A stretch of 63,903 nt of DNA, filler included, from Octopus bimaculoides (GCF_001194135.2; 8 parts of 7 records of this genome joined end to end with filler, not necessarily neighbours in it), one strand, 5' to 3'. Shown: positions 27,273 through 41,327, counted from the whole stretch's first letter. The notes: generated by a model from the sequence alone, not told the origin. Translations and numbers: made by a program.

Positions 27273-27330
27273 ATGTCTATGACTAGCGTGCAATATTTTG
27301 GTGTATTTCTTTCCATCCTTCTATCCTCTT
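27273..27330 (+). CDS. Candidate first coding exon of a secreted/membrane protein (exon 27180-27330)
   Basis: Acceptor tcatttattttcaacAG at 27178-79; in-frame upstream TGA at 27240-42; acaATG at 27273; MSMTSVQYFGVFLSILLSS; phase-1 donor T|GTATGT at 27331. No homology evidence. Confidence 0.4.
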
Positions 27331-27351
27331 GTATGTATATATAATATATGC

Positions 27352-27394
<43 letters not shown>

Positions 27395-27769
27395 ATATAC
27401 TACGGTAGTTTCGTCCGTCCATGCTTGCTGGTTTGCTTTCTTAGATAAGAATTTCTTGCATGTCATATAAGAAGGGTTTAAGCCTTCCCTTCCGTTGCTT
27501 CATCCTCCGCTATTTCTTGGAAGGGAGGGCTCTATCATGAGACTTAACGCCACAACCGCAGTGCTGCGAGAGTGGCTAAAGAGAAAATAGCCTAAACCCA
27601 AGTACATAACTGATAATGGATGAAACATCTGAGGTGTGGCTGAGGGTAAATTCGCTCTTGGTGAGATATGACCTCTGTATGCGAAGAACCGTTGCAATTA
27701 CCACGACGCACTTATCAGACGATCTAATGATTCTACAAATCGATTCGATTGTCTGTAATATATATATAC

Positions 27770-27818
<49 letters not shown>

Positions 27819-27866
27819 CAGATAGACGGAGACAGAGACAGACAGATAGACAACCAGAGAGATAGC

Positions 27867-27953
<87 letters not shown>

Positions 27954-30432
27954 TAATTTATATGTTTCGCATTCGTAGAGTGCAAATATGTACCTAGATG
28001 TGTCCCACCATCTTATCATGTGCCATTCATATTTTGCTGATGCTTTACTATTCAAGACTTCCACCAACAGGAAATATTACTAATGTATATGGCGACGAAG
28101 ATGGAGACTTCAATAACATTAACAAACAGAACAAAAACGACAATAAAATAGCCAATAATCAAACAAATACAAAAGCAATAGAACATTCCCGTTAAATTTC
28201 GTATTACTTATATAAACGAAATATCTATATCGATAATTTTTACCTTAATTAAATGAGCTTAAATATAATATAATATAGTCGTTTCAAAAACCAATATGTT
28301 CCTAAAATGAACGTCGAAATATAGTACGAAATAAAGTAAAGGAAAAATAAACAAGATATAAAATAAAACAAACCAAGCGAAATTATATCTTAACTTATGT
28401 TACATATATCCGATGTGATAGTAATTGAATGTCTTCCGGTTTATTTGCTTTTATTATGATATTTAGGAAACCGAGTATAGTTTTCTGATAGGAATATATT
28501 CAAAGAAAAGAAATCTGAATTCAAGAGGTATACAAATAAGGAACAGTGATGGGGAATGAGTAAGTGAGCGGGGAAGTTCTAGTAGTTCCAATATGAATGT
28601 TTGTCATATGAATTGAATATATGAGATTGCGTTTCGTAAAGCATGATTGGTTACTTTCGTTCCTGTATACACGCACACACACACACACATACACACAGAG
28701 AGAAGCACTTAGTACGTACAAACTCACGCAATACTCACAAACTCATACACATACGTGGGAACATATGTAATGATATTACATATATGTCTATATATATTTG
28801 TATATATTATTGTATAAATTATATTATATTTCGTAAATGGTTTCACAAACAAAGCCAATCGTGTCGCCAGTGCGTTTTGTAGACAATTTATGGTCGTTGG
28901 TTTACGTAGATGTTGATCGGTGTACGATCCATTGATTGGTGTACCGCCTTTAGGATACTTTTGAGACTACAGCTTTGAATTTAGGCTTGAAAGTTCTTCG
29001 GCATTTAGGACAGTTCCGCGTTTAGGACATACGTGACAATCTACTGGCGTGCTGAGCAAAGAAAAATATCTTTTAAGGTACAAGTCATTGAATATTTTCT
29101 CAGTGAGAAAATATAGTATTTAATGCTGTTCCTTGTTTTTATATACACTTATAATATTACATATACCAATATTTTAATCTAATTCTGATTCACGTCTGTA
29201 TATTAATGAAGTTTAAAATATTTCAAAGACATCTCCTGTGAAACACTTCGCTTACCTTCCAATATCGTCAGTATGCTGTCCAGTCTACGAAGCCTAAAAG
29301 ATCTTGGTAATTAACACAGTGTTTTACACAGACACATATTAGCATTAGTTAGAAAATACACGATCAGAGAAGACTCCTCGTCAGAGACCCCTACCAACCT
29401 GTTTTATTAGATGTATGATGATATAGAACTTCATCATCAAGATTCTCGACGCAGAAGAAGTGACACCGAAGATAATGAAAGTGATCCACCTTTTCTAGGT
29501 TTGTAGCAAGGAATCGATATAATGTCTCAGCTGTTAAAATTTGGCAAATGGTATTATTTTTATGTACATATGAGGTGGTAAGGATCTTTTCGAGGAATAT
29601 ATTTCTTAGAAATCTGCTACATTATTGCCATACACGCATTGGAACTCACTAAGGGAACGTCTTGATTTTGGAATGACCAGAGCGAAACTGAATCGTTTGC
29701 CATGTATTCACAGATGAAGTTAGAAAATACTCCCATGATCACTGCTGCGATTACCATACTCCTTTTACTGTGAATTAAACTTCTCACGACTCACTGTTAT
29801 TAATGTTAACTGTTGCCACCATGTCGTCCTTGAGGCTCCGCAGGATTTTCCTATACATCTGAAGATAGCCATAAGGATATACGGCATCCCATTCAACTCC
29901 TTTTCATAACGATTCAAATGCTTTAGAGGTGGACTGCCATAAAAATGGCCTGACGTTTTAAATTCTCTTTTCTTTGCAGCGTTGCAAACATCATGGCTAT
30001 TCTACCACGCGATGGTCTTAAACGTCGTTGTGTTTCTAGAACGATCTACTCGCTAGGTTATTTCGGCTACTTGTTCATACTGCAAGCGAGGTTCTTGCTT
30101 GTTGCAAACAGGGAAATTTTCAGATAAATTTCCGGATCCGTCCCTAATTATCAGCGTACAACTAGTATGCGATCCTGTACAATCGTATATAACCAACGGT
30201 CTGTACTGATGAGAAACAGATACTTTCGGTAAGAATGTATTGATTTCGAAACATGTCTACAGGTAATTGTATTCTTTTATGTAATTTTCACTGTTCTTGT
30301 CCGTTTTACGTTTTTGGTGCTTCGCTAAATTCAATTTTGAGAATTATCCGGTCTTAGTAGACACATGACATGTGATCTTCTTCTAGCACATTAGCAGTCC
30401 ACCTAGTGGCCTCCGTTATATATATTTTATAG

Positions 30433-30474
<42 letters not shown>

Positions 30475-30479
30475 GTATG

Positions 30480-30517
<38 letters not shown>

Positions 30518-30929
30518 TAGATATATATGTATGAGAGTAGTATAAAATATTTATACGCACACATATACAGTGAGAGACGTCCGTTTATGTCTGTGTGGTG
30601 CATCTGTGTTTGCGTATGTGTGTTTGTGAGAAAGGGACAGAGAGAGAGAGTGATAGAAAGAGAGAGATTGCATGTGTATATGTTGTTTTAAGTATTATAC
30701 TCATAATTATTAATCGAGTACAACACAATACAATAGTAGCAATATAGTTCAAAGGTTGAAATGCTGTAACTAACGTCCTTGTTGTTAGAATTCGACTCAA
30801 CCCTAAGTAAGTAAGCATATAGTCAAAGACATTCCATTCTAACCATGACATACTCCTAGTATTTCCTTCAAACGTATCGGATTACATTGAAAACTGTGCT
30901 TCATGTTATCACTTTCAGCGCTTGCATAG

Positions 30930-30977
30930 ATGTTACCTATTTGGTTGGATTAACTAACAATACGTTTCCACCAGCAG
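30930..30977 (+). CDS. Candidate 48-nt symmetric (phase 1-1) second coding exon
   Basis: Acceptor cactttcagcgcttgcatAG|, open frame (Y)VTYLVGLTNNTFPPA(G), donor CAG|GTACAG; extends the hydrophobic leader of the 27273 exon. Confidence 0.33.
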
Positions 30978-31041
30978 GTACAGTTTTTAGTTTTGATTTC
31001 TGTTCCTTGTTTTTGAGTTTTTCTTTCGTCGGATACTGTTA

Positions 31042-31262
31042 AATATTGGTTTCAAGTTTTGGCACAAGACCAACAAGTATAGCGGATGGAGGTTAGTCGA
31101 TTACTTTGACCCTAGTGCTTAACTGGTGCTTATTTCATCGACTTCTAAGGAATGAAAGACAAAGTCGACCTCGGCGGAATTTGAACTCAGAATGTAAAGA
31201 CGAAAGAAATGCCGCTATGTAATTTGCCCGATGTGCTTACGATTCTGCTAGATCACCGCCTT
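31042..31262 (-). mobile_element. tRNA-derived SINE (same family as 7998)
   Basis: aaagtcgacctcggcggaatttgaactcag is the reverse complement of the family core. Confidence 0.85.
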
Positions 31263-31403
31263 GATTCTATCAAACATTGAGCAAATGTATTTTAGAGCTT
31301 GCTACAGCGATTGAAACAGCAATGTTTCGTTTCGAATACATTGCCTATCCGCTATTCTAAATATTTTACTTACATTGAAGTGGAATATAATTGATTAATA
31401 TTG

Positions 31404-31615
31404 ATTTCATATTTTGGTACAAGGCGGGCAATTCCAAAGGAAAGGCTAAATCGATTACATAGACCCTAGTGCTCAACTGATACTTATATTTTTTCAGCCC
31501 CGAATAGATGAAATGCATAGTTGACCTCGGTGGAATTTGAGCTCAGAATACAAAGAGGAAAGAAATGCCGTTAAGCATTTTGTTCGACTCTAACGATTCT
31601 GCCAGCTTGTCGCTT
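31404..31615 (-). mobile_element. tRNA-derived SINE (same family as 7998), second tandem copy
   Basis: gttgacctcggtggaatttgagctcagaat...gattctgccagct. Confidence 0.8.
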
Positions 31616-33929
31616 TTAATATATTAAACATTAGGCAAATATATTCTAGAGTTTGCTACAGCGATTGAAACAGCAATGTTTCGCTTGGAATACATTGCCT
31701 ATCAGCTATCCTAAACATATTAGTTACATTGAAGTGCTATATAATTGATTAATATTGTGGTGACACTGTTTTCCTTCAATTCTTTACACAAACCATGGAA
31801 ATTTCCACAGAAATAACTCTCCCTGTCATTCTCTTTCACAAATCTCACTAATGATATTTATCATTTAACATTGACAGGATTTTACTCATACATGAAGGAA
31901 ACAGCAAAATAAGAAAAAATAAAACTACACTAGTTGTGTTTCTTCATATTAAATAAAGCACTTAGTGTGCTTCCCTGTTTGAAAAGCTTCACTAGATCTC
32001 CACTTCTTTGAGAAAAATAATCCTCATATCTTTCACTAGCTTAAAATTATCAGACAATGAACGGAAATGAACGGATTAAAGAAGAAAAACAAACATACCT
32101 TCAATACAAACAAACATTAAAAAAAAATCACAGTACATTTAGAAAGTGTAACATTTCTGTAAATGAGTAGAATTATTAATAACATAGGAAGAAAACAAAC
32201 TACATAATGTGAATGTAGCTATAATCTCACATTCATGTGTAGGGAAGCAACTATGAATGCAGCTTTTAAAAGTAAACGTCATTCCGCTTTCTTCATACAC
32301 AAAATTTTCATTCCACAACTGTTACATTCCACAGATAAATCATGAACAGTAAATGCATAAATGTATGTATTAATATACATGTGTGCATGTGTAAGTGTTT
32401 GTACGTATGTATTTAATTATCTATGTATGCATGTATGTATGAATATATGTATGTATTACTTAAGTGCTTATTTTATCGATTACCACTTTAATAAAATTCA
32501 TATGTGCAGCCAAAACGCATTCCCAAATTTAGTGCATATCTGATGAGAAACGAGACAGCTGCTCAACTACGTGAAACTAACACTTGTAGATATTCACTTT
32601 GTAAATATCCAAATAGATGTGAAACGTATATATAATTATTTGAATGTGTATTACTCCAGCATGACGGTCTTTTAGGTCTGAATTTCATGTATCACATAAG
32701 TCATATTATTGCGCCTAACAACTGACCATAATATATAAACGGAAGCTAGTGTCCGAAGAGCGTGTTAGACGACTTAGTCTACAACTTAAAAGCTTGTAAA
32801 AGTATATAGACCATTGGAAATTATTGCCGGAACCGTCAATTTCTTTTTTTCAATATAGGGGTCCTCTGAAATTTTGGATTTGAACAAATGAGGAATATCT
32901 CTGAGCTTCAGCGGGTTTCATCGATTACAACACGCTGTGTTTTGTTAACCATAAATATTTGTTGAAGTAATCTCTGTCAGTGTCATAAGGGAACATTGCC
33001 TATTTGGAATATACTCAACAAATATGGCTGTTTTGGTGCCGACAGCCGAAGACTCTTTCTAAGACGTGTGAAAAGTGACATAACCATCCGGCACGCACTC
33101 ATCCAATTTCCTGCATAGCTCATTTGCGAGTTGGTGTCAAACAGATGCTGATAATTAGGGACGGATCCGGAAATCAGCCGACACTCCCATGATAGCCAAA
33201 GCATCGCCTTCCTCTCACAATTAAGAACAGGTATTCTTCTGTCTTGTAGATATAGCGAAGAACACTGTATTATCGACGCGTTTCAAAGTTTGAGGAACAT
33301 GGTTTTCCTCTCATCAAATTCTTAATGTACAATTGGTGAAAAAAATCAGGGTGATAAATGAGTGACGGCCACCGAGTAAATTTGAACAAAAACAGTTGAC
33401 AGTGACTGGTTTTATGTCTAAGAATACCTGCACTTGGTGTGTAGCTAGCAGTCAAAAGTGGGGGAAGATGTTTGTCTTTAGTCTGCCAGACTGATCTGGT
33501 GGAATGTGGGATATTTTACAATTTTATATACCACTCTCTTCTTGCTTTTATTTGTTATTTGTTATTTTTGCTATCCAAACATTACGTAGTTACTGATTAA
33601 ATAATGTCTTTATAACTGTATTGGTCTCACACGAGACCGTTCCCTAATAACGTGGGAAACTTAAATATTTTATACAAAAGCCTTTCTGCAAGGCCAGATA
33701 AATGACGTTCTCCACCATATTTTATTCTCACCCTAGGTAGCTCTACTAAAGGCAGTCATGGAAGTATAAAACAGCGTGAAGTGAGATCGGCAGAGAAGCA
33801 GTGACACCTTTTCAATAATATCAAAGTTACTGTGTCAGGATGTGATAATTATTACCGAGACCGGTTGAACACCTTATAGAAGACTAAGAGGCTTAGGCTC
33901 TCACACGAATCAATTATGTGATGTTGAGT

Positions 33930-34920
33930 GCTGTTTCAGGCAAGATAAAACATTGATTTAAATACGTTTTTTTCGTGACCCAGAAGGTAATCAAGTTTTC
34001 CTATAAGTGGGCAGCCGTAAGGCCGACAACGAGGTTCTTGAATTATACGCTTCGGCTAGAAATGATGAATTACATTTCCTTAAGCGACGAGAGATACTCC
34101 TAAAAGGATTTCACACATTAGTGTCAGTGGCCGATTGGAATTACATTTCGGATGTACGCACGTATTGTGTAGATACAGCCGATAGGTGTAGGTCAAAAGT
34201 TTCCGAAGATTTCTCAACAACTGTCTGATAAATTTCGCTTTGATTTCTTGCAGATTCGTTAATTTGGATTCTGACCTAAATACAAAGTGTCGTCTAGGAT
34301 GTGTTCAGATAGAATTTTCATCGGGCTACAACATAGAACTGACGTACTTTGTCCACAGTTCTGTTAGTTGGATATCTGCACGAGAGAAGGCGCAGAACAT
34401 ATCTGAGATGTCGTGATGCGGCATACCCTGAAGCGGTTCTGGTCTTAGCCGCTGCTATGCAGTGTATTTGCATTAGCAATGTATGCAGCTGGTGTCGAAT
34501 AGCTGTTGTGGCGTGCAGAAGGTCTCCCACAACCAGAGAAATTTGTAGTAAAATCGACAATCCGCCTTCATTTAGACGTGAAGGGCGTCTAGCTTGCTAT
34601 TCTTGAGTTTTGTCTTTATGGAAACGAAAATAATAGAGTGAACTGGTGTCAAAGGTTTGGAGACAGGCATTATACTGTCTTTCAAGCTCGTATCAGTTAC
34701 TCCAAGTACCAACAAACGATGACGATGAAACTAGTAAAGGAGATGCTGCTTTCTATTGGGCTCACTGAATGATGGGAGAGAGCTGTGAGACTGACGAGAT
34801 CGCCTGTGTCTGACTTTAGTTTTTCAAGTAGGAGGAAAGGACCAGAGCGAAAACACTTTAATTCATGGCATATAACAAAATATTTCAAGCGTTTATATGG
34901 GATTTTACGTGAGACAGCAC
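33930..34920 (+). mobile_element. Decayed Tx1/L1-like LINE ORF2 (APE endonuclease and downstream)
   Basis: FRDPEGN...VLELYASARND...LVSVADWNYISDVRTYCV aligns by eye with ..VYAP...GDWNAILD.R.D..; later KYFKRLYG. Confidence 0.55.
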
Positions 34921-35239
34921 AGGTAACTATCTCAGATTCCGAGAAAAGATTTTGTTACAATTTCTTTTTTTATATATCAATAAATTAGCGAATTTATTTA
35001 TTGTTCTTCCTGCGTAAATTAAATTTTGGTAGAATCCTTATTCGTCATTGAATTATTGGCAGAATTTTAGAATCGATCCTGAGATCAATAAAAAGACAAT
35101 GCTCACCATCTAGATTGACATCATTAGCTACATCATCATCATCATCATTATCATCATCATATCATCATCAGCATCATTGTCATTAATATTGCCATCAACA
35201 TCATGGTCAGTAGTAGTAGTAGTATCTAAGTAGTATGGT

Positions 35240-37200
35240 GAAAATTACCAAACCAGGAGTGCCACCAGAACTAGATTTCTGATGGATTCTCGCTTGTGTG
35301 GTATTGGAGGAGAGTGAAACTCTCCTGCAGGACAAGAGATCAAGGAAGGAGAACTGAACTGGTCACACTGGCTGTACTCTTTCATGTAAATCCAGCTAGA
35401 GAGGATCCTAGACATGATCTGTCTGCTGATAGGAACAGAGTCAAGATTGTGTATGGAGAGCAGTGAACCGAGATTCCATGTCTGTGGAATGAAGGATCTT
35501 CTATAGGCGTTCTACACACAGAACAGAAACAAAAGGGAAGAAAGGAGGGCTCCAACGCTGATGTCACCACCACTGCTACAACATCAACAACAAGGTAAGA
35601 AAAGTGACAGCAACAACAGACACACTGGAAAAATCAAACTGCCAAAATCCACAAAACCAAAATGACGGAGGCGGTATCGATGTCTCCAGCGCTAGCACCT
35701 GCAGCAGCAGCAGCAGCAGCAGAAAGCAGTAGTAACAGAGACAGTAGAAGCAGCAGCACCGGTAGCAACAGTCGCAACAGCACTACTACTACTCACCACC
35801 AACATCGATGAGAATATGAGCAGGGAGGACCATCCTGGGCGTCCTTCACCACAATTTTTCCATCTCAACCTCTCTCGAACACACAGGCAACTACAGAAGC
35901 ACAAATAAACACTCGCCACATCAGGGATGGATTCCACAGACTATGGTTTCTTCATATCTCGAAGTGAAGACGAGGAGGTACCCAAAAACCGAAGCAAAAG
36001 GAATACAAGAAAATAACACCTGGTTTCACACCAACCCACGCAGTGAACGTCGCAGAGAGCGCTCTCGTAGCAGGCACGCCGATAATAGCACCAACTCCGC
36101 CAGCTCCAAACCGTCAACACAATGCTGCCACCAACACAATCACAAACCCACCTCGCCCCAAACAAATGCATACAAAAGAACAATCAATGACATAGACTCC
36201 AAATTTCGAGCTAATGTGGAGAGCCAACATAGAATATATGGCAGTCAAAACTCGAAATAACGAGATTGAAAAGAGAGATGCAATACCGAGTTCGCATGAC
36301 ACTAAAACCATATTCAAACATTAGAGAAGTTTTCCCCTACGACGCAGAAACTCCTAATGTAAAAGCAACTAAAAGACTTTTAAAGATGTTCCTAAAGGAA
36401 CACCAGCCAGAGCCGATGGACGGGCTACCCAACTGCTAACAACACCAAGAGGGTAATTAACCCTGGTCTTTTCTTTTCTCTCAAATATTTCAGTCCAACA
36501 TGGCAATTACTAGACAGTTTATATCAATGTTTGTGGCCTAATGTTGTCCTAACAGCCAATGAATTCAGATTGCTAACTTTGGATATGTTGGCCGACAGTG
36601 AGACCCAGAGTTTTGAATATGTTCACATTAGTCCTGATTCTTAAAAACTTTGAGATCTAAGCATCACTGGATCGACCACGAATGAAGGACGGGGTGACAG
36701 CGTTGTTTAGGAAAGGCTTGGCTCTCGAGTTACAGACGATCTTCCTGGACATGAACGATAAATTGGTGGTCCTGGATGTGATTATTATCGACATTGTTGG
36801 TTTTAAACTACTCGCTGTGTACACCCCGATTGGCGCGGGAAATCCACACTTCTTCAGACGCTAGGACGGTTTCCTCGAGACGCCTTGCATTTTAGGTCCA
36901 GTGGGCGTCTGAAACGCCACTTGGACACACGCTTAGATAGAGTGGAGCTCACAAACTTACTCAGACGCTTCGAATTGGCTGACAGGTACTGACTGGATTT
37001 CTCGAAAGCGCCAATGTGGACATGAGCAAATAGCATTGGGCAAATGGCATTATGAACAAATGGCAAGTGGACACGAGCAAATGGCATCGTGTTCTCTCGA
37101 TCGGATGTAGTATATTTTGAAGGCCTGCAGATGAACGTAACATACAGTGTCTACAATTCAAAGTTGTTGGCTATACAGACCACAAATTTTGGTCTGTACG
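35240..37200 (+). mobile_element. Tx1/L1-like LINE 5' relic: ORF1 with degenerate zinc knuckle plus ORF2 APE endonuclease
   Basis: ORF1-like PRFHVCGMKDLL*AFYT (CCHC relic, about 35470-35520). Endonuclease GVTALFRKGL...LVVLDV...LLAVYTP...LDRVE...ADRY*LD...SLDR...GYTDHKF. Confidence 0.8.
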
Positions 37201-37593
37201 GTCGACCTACAAACGATCCAGAGCCAGAATACCGGATATTGAAATAAAGTTGTATCGTCCCTTTTTTGTTTTGCGTTATGTCCTTGTGTCCAATAAAGAA
37301 AACATTATTAGTGTTATTGTTGTTGTTGTTGTTGTTGTTGTTGCTGCTGCTGCTATTATCATCATCATCATCATTATTACTATTCTTAATATTAATATTA
37401 ATATTTGACTTATTATTAATCAATGGATTTTTTTGTTTCTATTAGTTTTTTGATAAATGTATTTTGTCGCAGCTTTAATCATGCTATTTTTTTAAAACTT
37501 CTTCAATACGTTTTTCCTTTTTTTTCCTTTTGTTGTTAGTATTATTGATGATGGTGCAGAAGATTATTATACAACCGACATTGCTGCTACTGT

Positions 37594-37657
<64 letters not shown>

Positions 37658-39253
37658 GGTGGTGTGGATGAATCGAAAAAAAAACAAGAAATATGTATAA
37701 TAAATATAAACAAAAAAAAAACGAATGAAGACCTAACACATATTTCATTGGTGGTTATTCCTAATAGAACAAAGTAAACTTCAACGCAAAACCAGTTACT
37801 TTTGCGAATTTAAGAGCATTAGAAAAAGTAACAACGACAGAAAAAGTTGGTGTGCGAGAGCGAGAGATGCAGAGGAAGAGAACGACCATCTCTAAAAAAA
37901 ATTATGCATATTGTGTTAATGCTTATTACCAAAAGAGGAATCTGAAAATGATTAATGATGTTTGACGACTTGATGCCGTAATGAAATAATCTGAAAATAT
38001 GACTTAAGTAATATGGTAAGTCTTCATAATTTTGATCAAATATACCCAAGGGAAAATGTATATTTTCACATGACTGGGAATCAACACAAGTGTACATAAA
38101 CTAACATAAGAGCAAAATGTTGAATTTAATATATAAATTCGTGGTAAAAACAAAAATTTCTAATTCACTATGTCTAAATGTATAATGGCAAGACGTCTGG
38201 CTGAACCTGTGTATATATGTGAGTGCGTGTGTATGAGAGGGAGAGAGAGAGAAAGTCTGTGAGTGTGTGGGTATCCTTACGTATGTGTGTGTAAGTGCGT
38301 GTGTTCCTCTGTGTGTGTAAAGTAATCCGGATAATGGTAAGGAGGAGAACGAACTTCGTGGCAGACGCACCATTGTGGTTGAAAAAGAATATAAAAGTAT
38401 TTTGAAAAAATAGAAATCAAGAAAAGAAAAGCAATGACATAAATACAGAACTGGTATATTAGATTCACGCTCATAACATAAAAAGATCCCACTAAAGTGT
38501 CTGTGATCTGGACTAAATCCCCTCTTCATTGGAAAAAAAACATTGCAAGAACGAAAATAGGTGGAGCATTTGCGTCGATGGTATTAGATGGTAGTTTGTG
38601 GGAGTGGAGAAAGGGCAAGATTTTTTTTTGAAAAAAGAACTGGTTTTTGAAACTTGAAGAGTGAGTACGCCTACGAATTGGACTAAATGCCTTTCACCAG
38701 AGAAAAGTTTAAAAATACCATTAAAAGAAAGGCGAAAGGGGAGAGAATTGTTGTGTCGAAACGTTGTTTTGGCTAGTAAGTTAGTTGGATAGGAAAGAGC
38801 GCATGGAGAATAAATAACAGAGAAGATAACGGGTGAGTGTAAAATTGTATATGCATATAAATCTAGTTTATCTTCGTGTGCAGGGGAATATACCATTTGT
38901 GATTCTATTGTTGAAACAGCTGTAAGAGACTATCTGCGCACCTTGTTTTCTTTTTCTCTATTCTATTCCGTTTAAATACATAAATGTAATAACCTAAAAA
39001 GATACCAGTTGTTTGTCAAATCAATCTCTTATTTTGCACATACCTGCAAAAGATAAACCGTTTCTACCTATTTATTCCTAGGTAGCTGTAACAGCACTAC
39101 ATTTTGTTTTAGATGCAGTTGAAGTTGGAAATTTAGGAGACAGGTCGTCAATTTGATCACTAATTGTATATAATTTTTACATCATGTTATTAGACGGAAT
39201 ATTACCTAAACTCTCTCTCTCCCTCTCTCTCTCTCTATCTCTCNNNNNNNNNN

Positions 39254-39289
<36 letters not shown>

Positions 39290-40554
39290 ACTATCAGTTC
39301 AATGAAAATAATGCCTCTTTCTATAAACACATTTTCTTGAGATTGATTTAGTTAATTCCGGATATGGATATTAATAGTTCCGACCACAAGATTCTTCGAA
39401 TTATTTTTGGGCTCTCCAATTACCTGTACTGTGCCACACGCATCACCACAATTTTTTCAACAATGGCACTAATGACTGTGGACACGATTCATGCATAACT
39501 ACTGTGGATATACTTGGACATCACTCTGTAAAGAGTTATGAAACATATGAACTATGCCTGTCAACTTGCTTCATCTTTAGATATAATCAAGATGCACAAG
39601 CTCTCGTATGCCCTGCCACAGATGAGAGTGCACTAATCCTGTCATGCATTAGGCAATTTTCCTTCCAACTCAACTTTTGATGACATATATAAACTGCCAA
39701 CATTTTCTTCTTTTCTTTTCTTTAATATTTACGGCATTATCAATTTACTGCTGCTTTTTTTTTTTCGATGAATTTTCGGGAAAAGAAGCACCCACTTTTG
39801 GAACATACATTTTTCATATATATTCATTTCTCGGAAGCTGAATCATATCTTCAACTCGTATGACTCACTACGCTAACAAAAGCTGCACTGTTATTGTTCT
39901 TCGTAAGGGCGTTGCTGGTTATTTGAAACTTTGCTCGTTTGTATAAATCTTAGGTTTTCAGTTTATTTATCCGTGATTTTCCAGAAAAGTGAAGGCATAT
40001 TTAGTGCTACTCTCATCATGGCTACATTTTTTTTTGCTTCACACCTGGCTTCCTTTGCGATAAAACAAACAAGGTGAATAAATATATGCATATGTGTGTA
40101 CGTGTGTGTGTGTGTGTATGTGTGTGTGTGTGTGTGTGTTTGTTTGTGTGTGTGTGTGTGTGTGTAAGTGTAGATAGATGTAGATATATATCAGCATATA
40201 TATATATATATATATGAGTGAGTATAATTAATATATATATATTTGTATGTATATATGTATATATGTATGCATGTATGTTTGAATTATGCATTCATTAATG
40301 TATGTATGTAAATGTACACACACACACATACACACACACACATACACACACACACATACACACACACACACACACACACCGCATATAGATAATTAAGAAT
40401 GAGAGAATGCGAAATAAAATAGACTGGACTTTCTGAAAACTTGTTATAAAGAATCATAACGAATCTTTGATTAAGTACATCCGAAAGAAATCATTTCCTG
40501 ACCGGGAGATGTTTCAACGCGCATGTGCACAGTAAGAGAACTGTCACAAAATAG

Positions 40555-41294
40555 CAACAACAACAACGACAACAGCAGCAAGAAGAAGAACACAACAAAG
40601 ACAGCGACAACATCTACAACAAGAAAGGGTTGTATTTTGAGTTCTTACCTACGGTAGTGACAAAATTTCTTTTAAATATATGTTAGAATATGATAAAAGA
40701 CAGCGGTGATGATAATGTCGACAAGAAGGAGGAAGAGGCGGAAGGTGCTGATGGTGATGATAAGCAATGGTGAGGAAAATGTGGTGGGGTGAAGAAAACG
40801 AAATAATAAAGAAAAGAATATGAGAAATAATTATTCAAAAAAAAATAGTAATAGCAAGGTGGCAGTGCTGCCGCTGCTTATACTGCTGCTAACACTGCTG
40901 CCCCTGCTGTTGTTCCTGATGCTACTGCTACCGCTGCCACTACTTCTCCTACTGCTGTTCCTGCTGTTGGTGTTAGTACTGGTGCTAGGTGTAGTAGGGG
41001 GTGGCATTTTGAGATTGGGATGATGATTGGTGCCTGTGATTGTCGTTGTGGTGGATTTCATGATGGTGTCGTTGTTGCTGGTGTTGGTGGTGGTGGTGGT
41101 GGTGGTGTTCTTTATGATGGTGATGATGATGGTGGAAATGATGATGGTGCTTGTTGTTGTGGCCGTGGTTGTAATGATGAAATTGATGAAGAGGAAGGGG
41201 ATGGAGGTGATGATGAAGACGACTACGATGACGAAGATGAAGAGGAGGAGAGGAATAACGATGGTGATGATGATGACGACGATTACAATGACGT

Positions 41295-41327
<33 letters not shown>

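Noticed and set aside
28930-29490. Possible pogo/Tigger relic (four TTTAGG repeats at about 28950-29030; DSRRRRSDTEDNESDPPFLGL*)
   Set aside because: No catalytic motif or TIR pair found; too weak to call.
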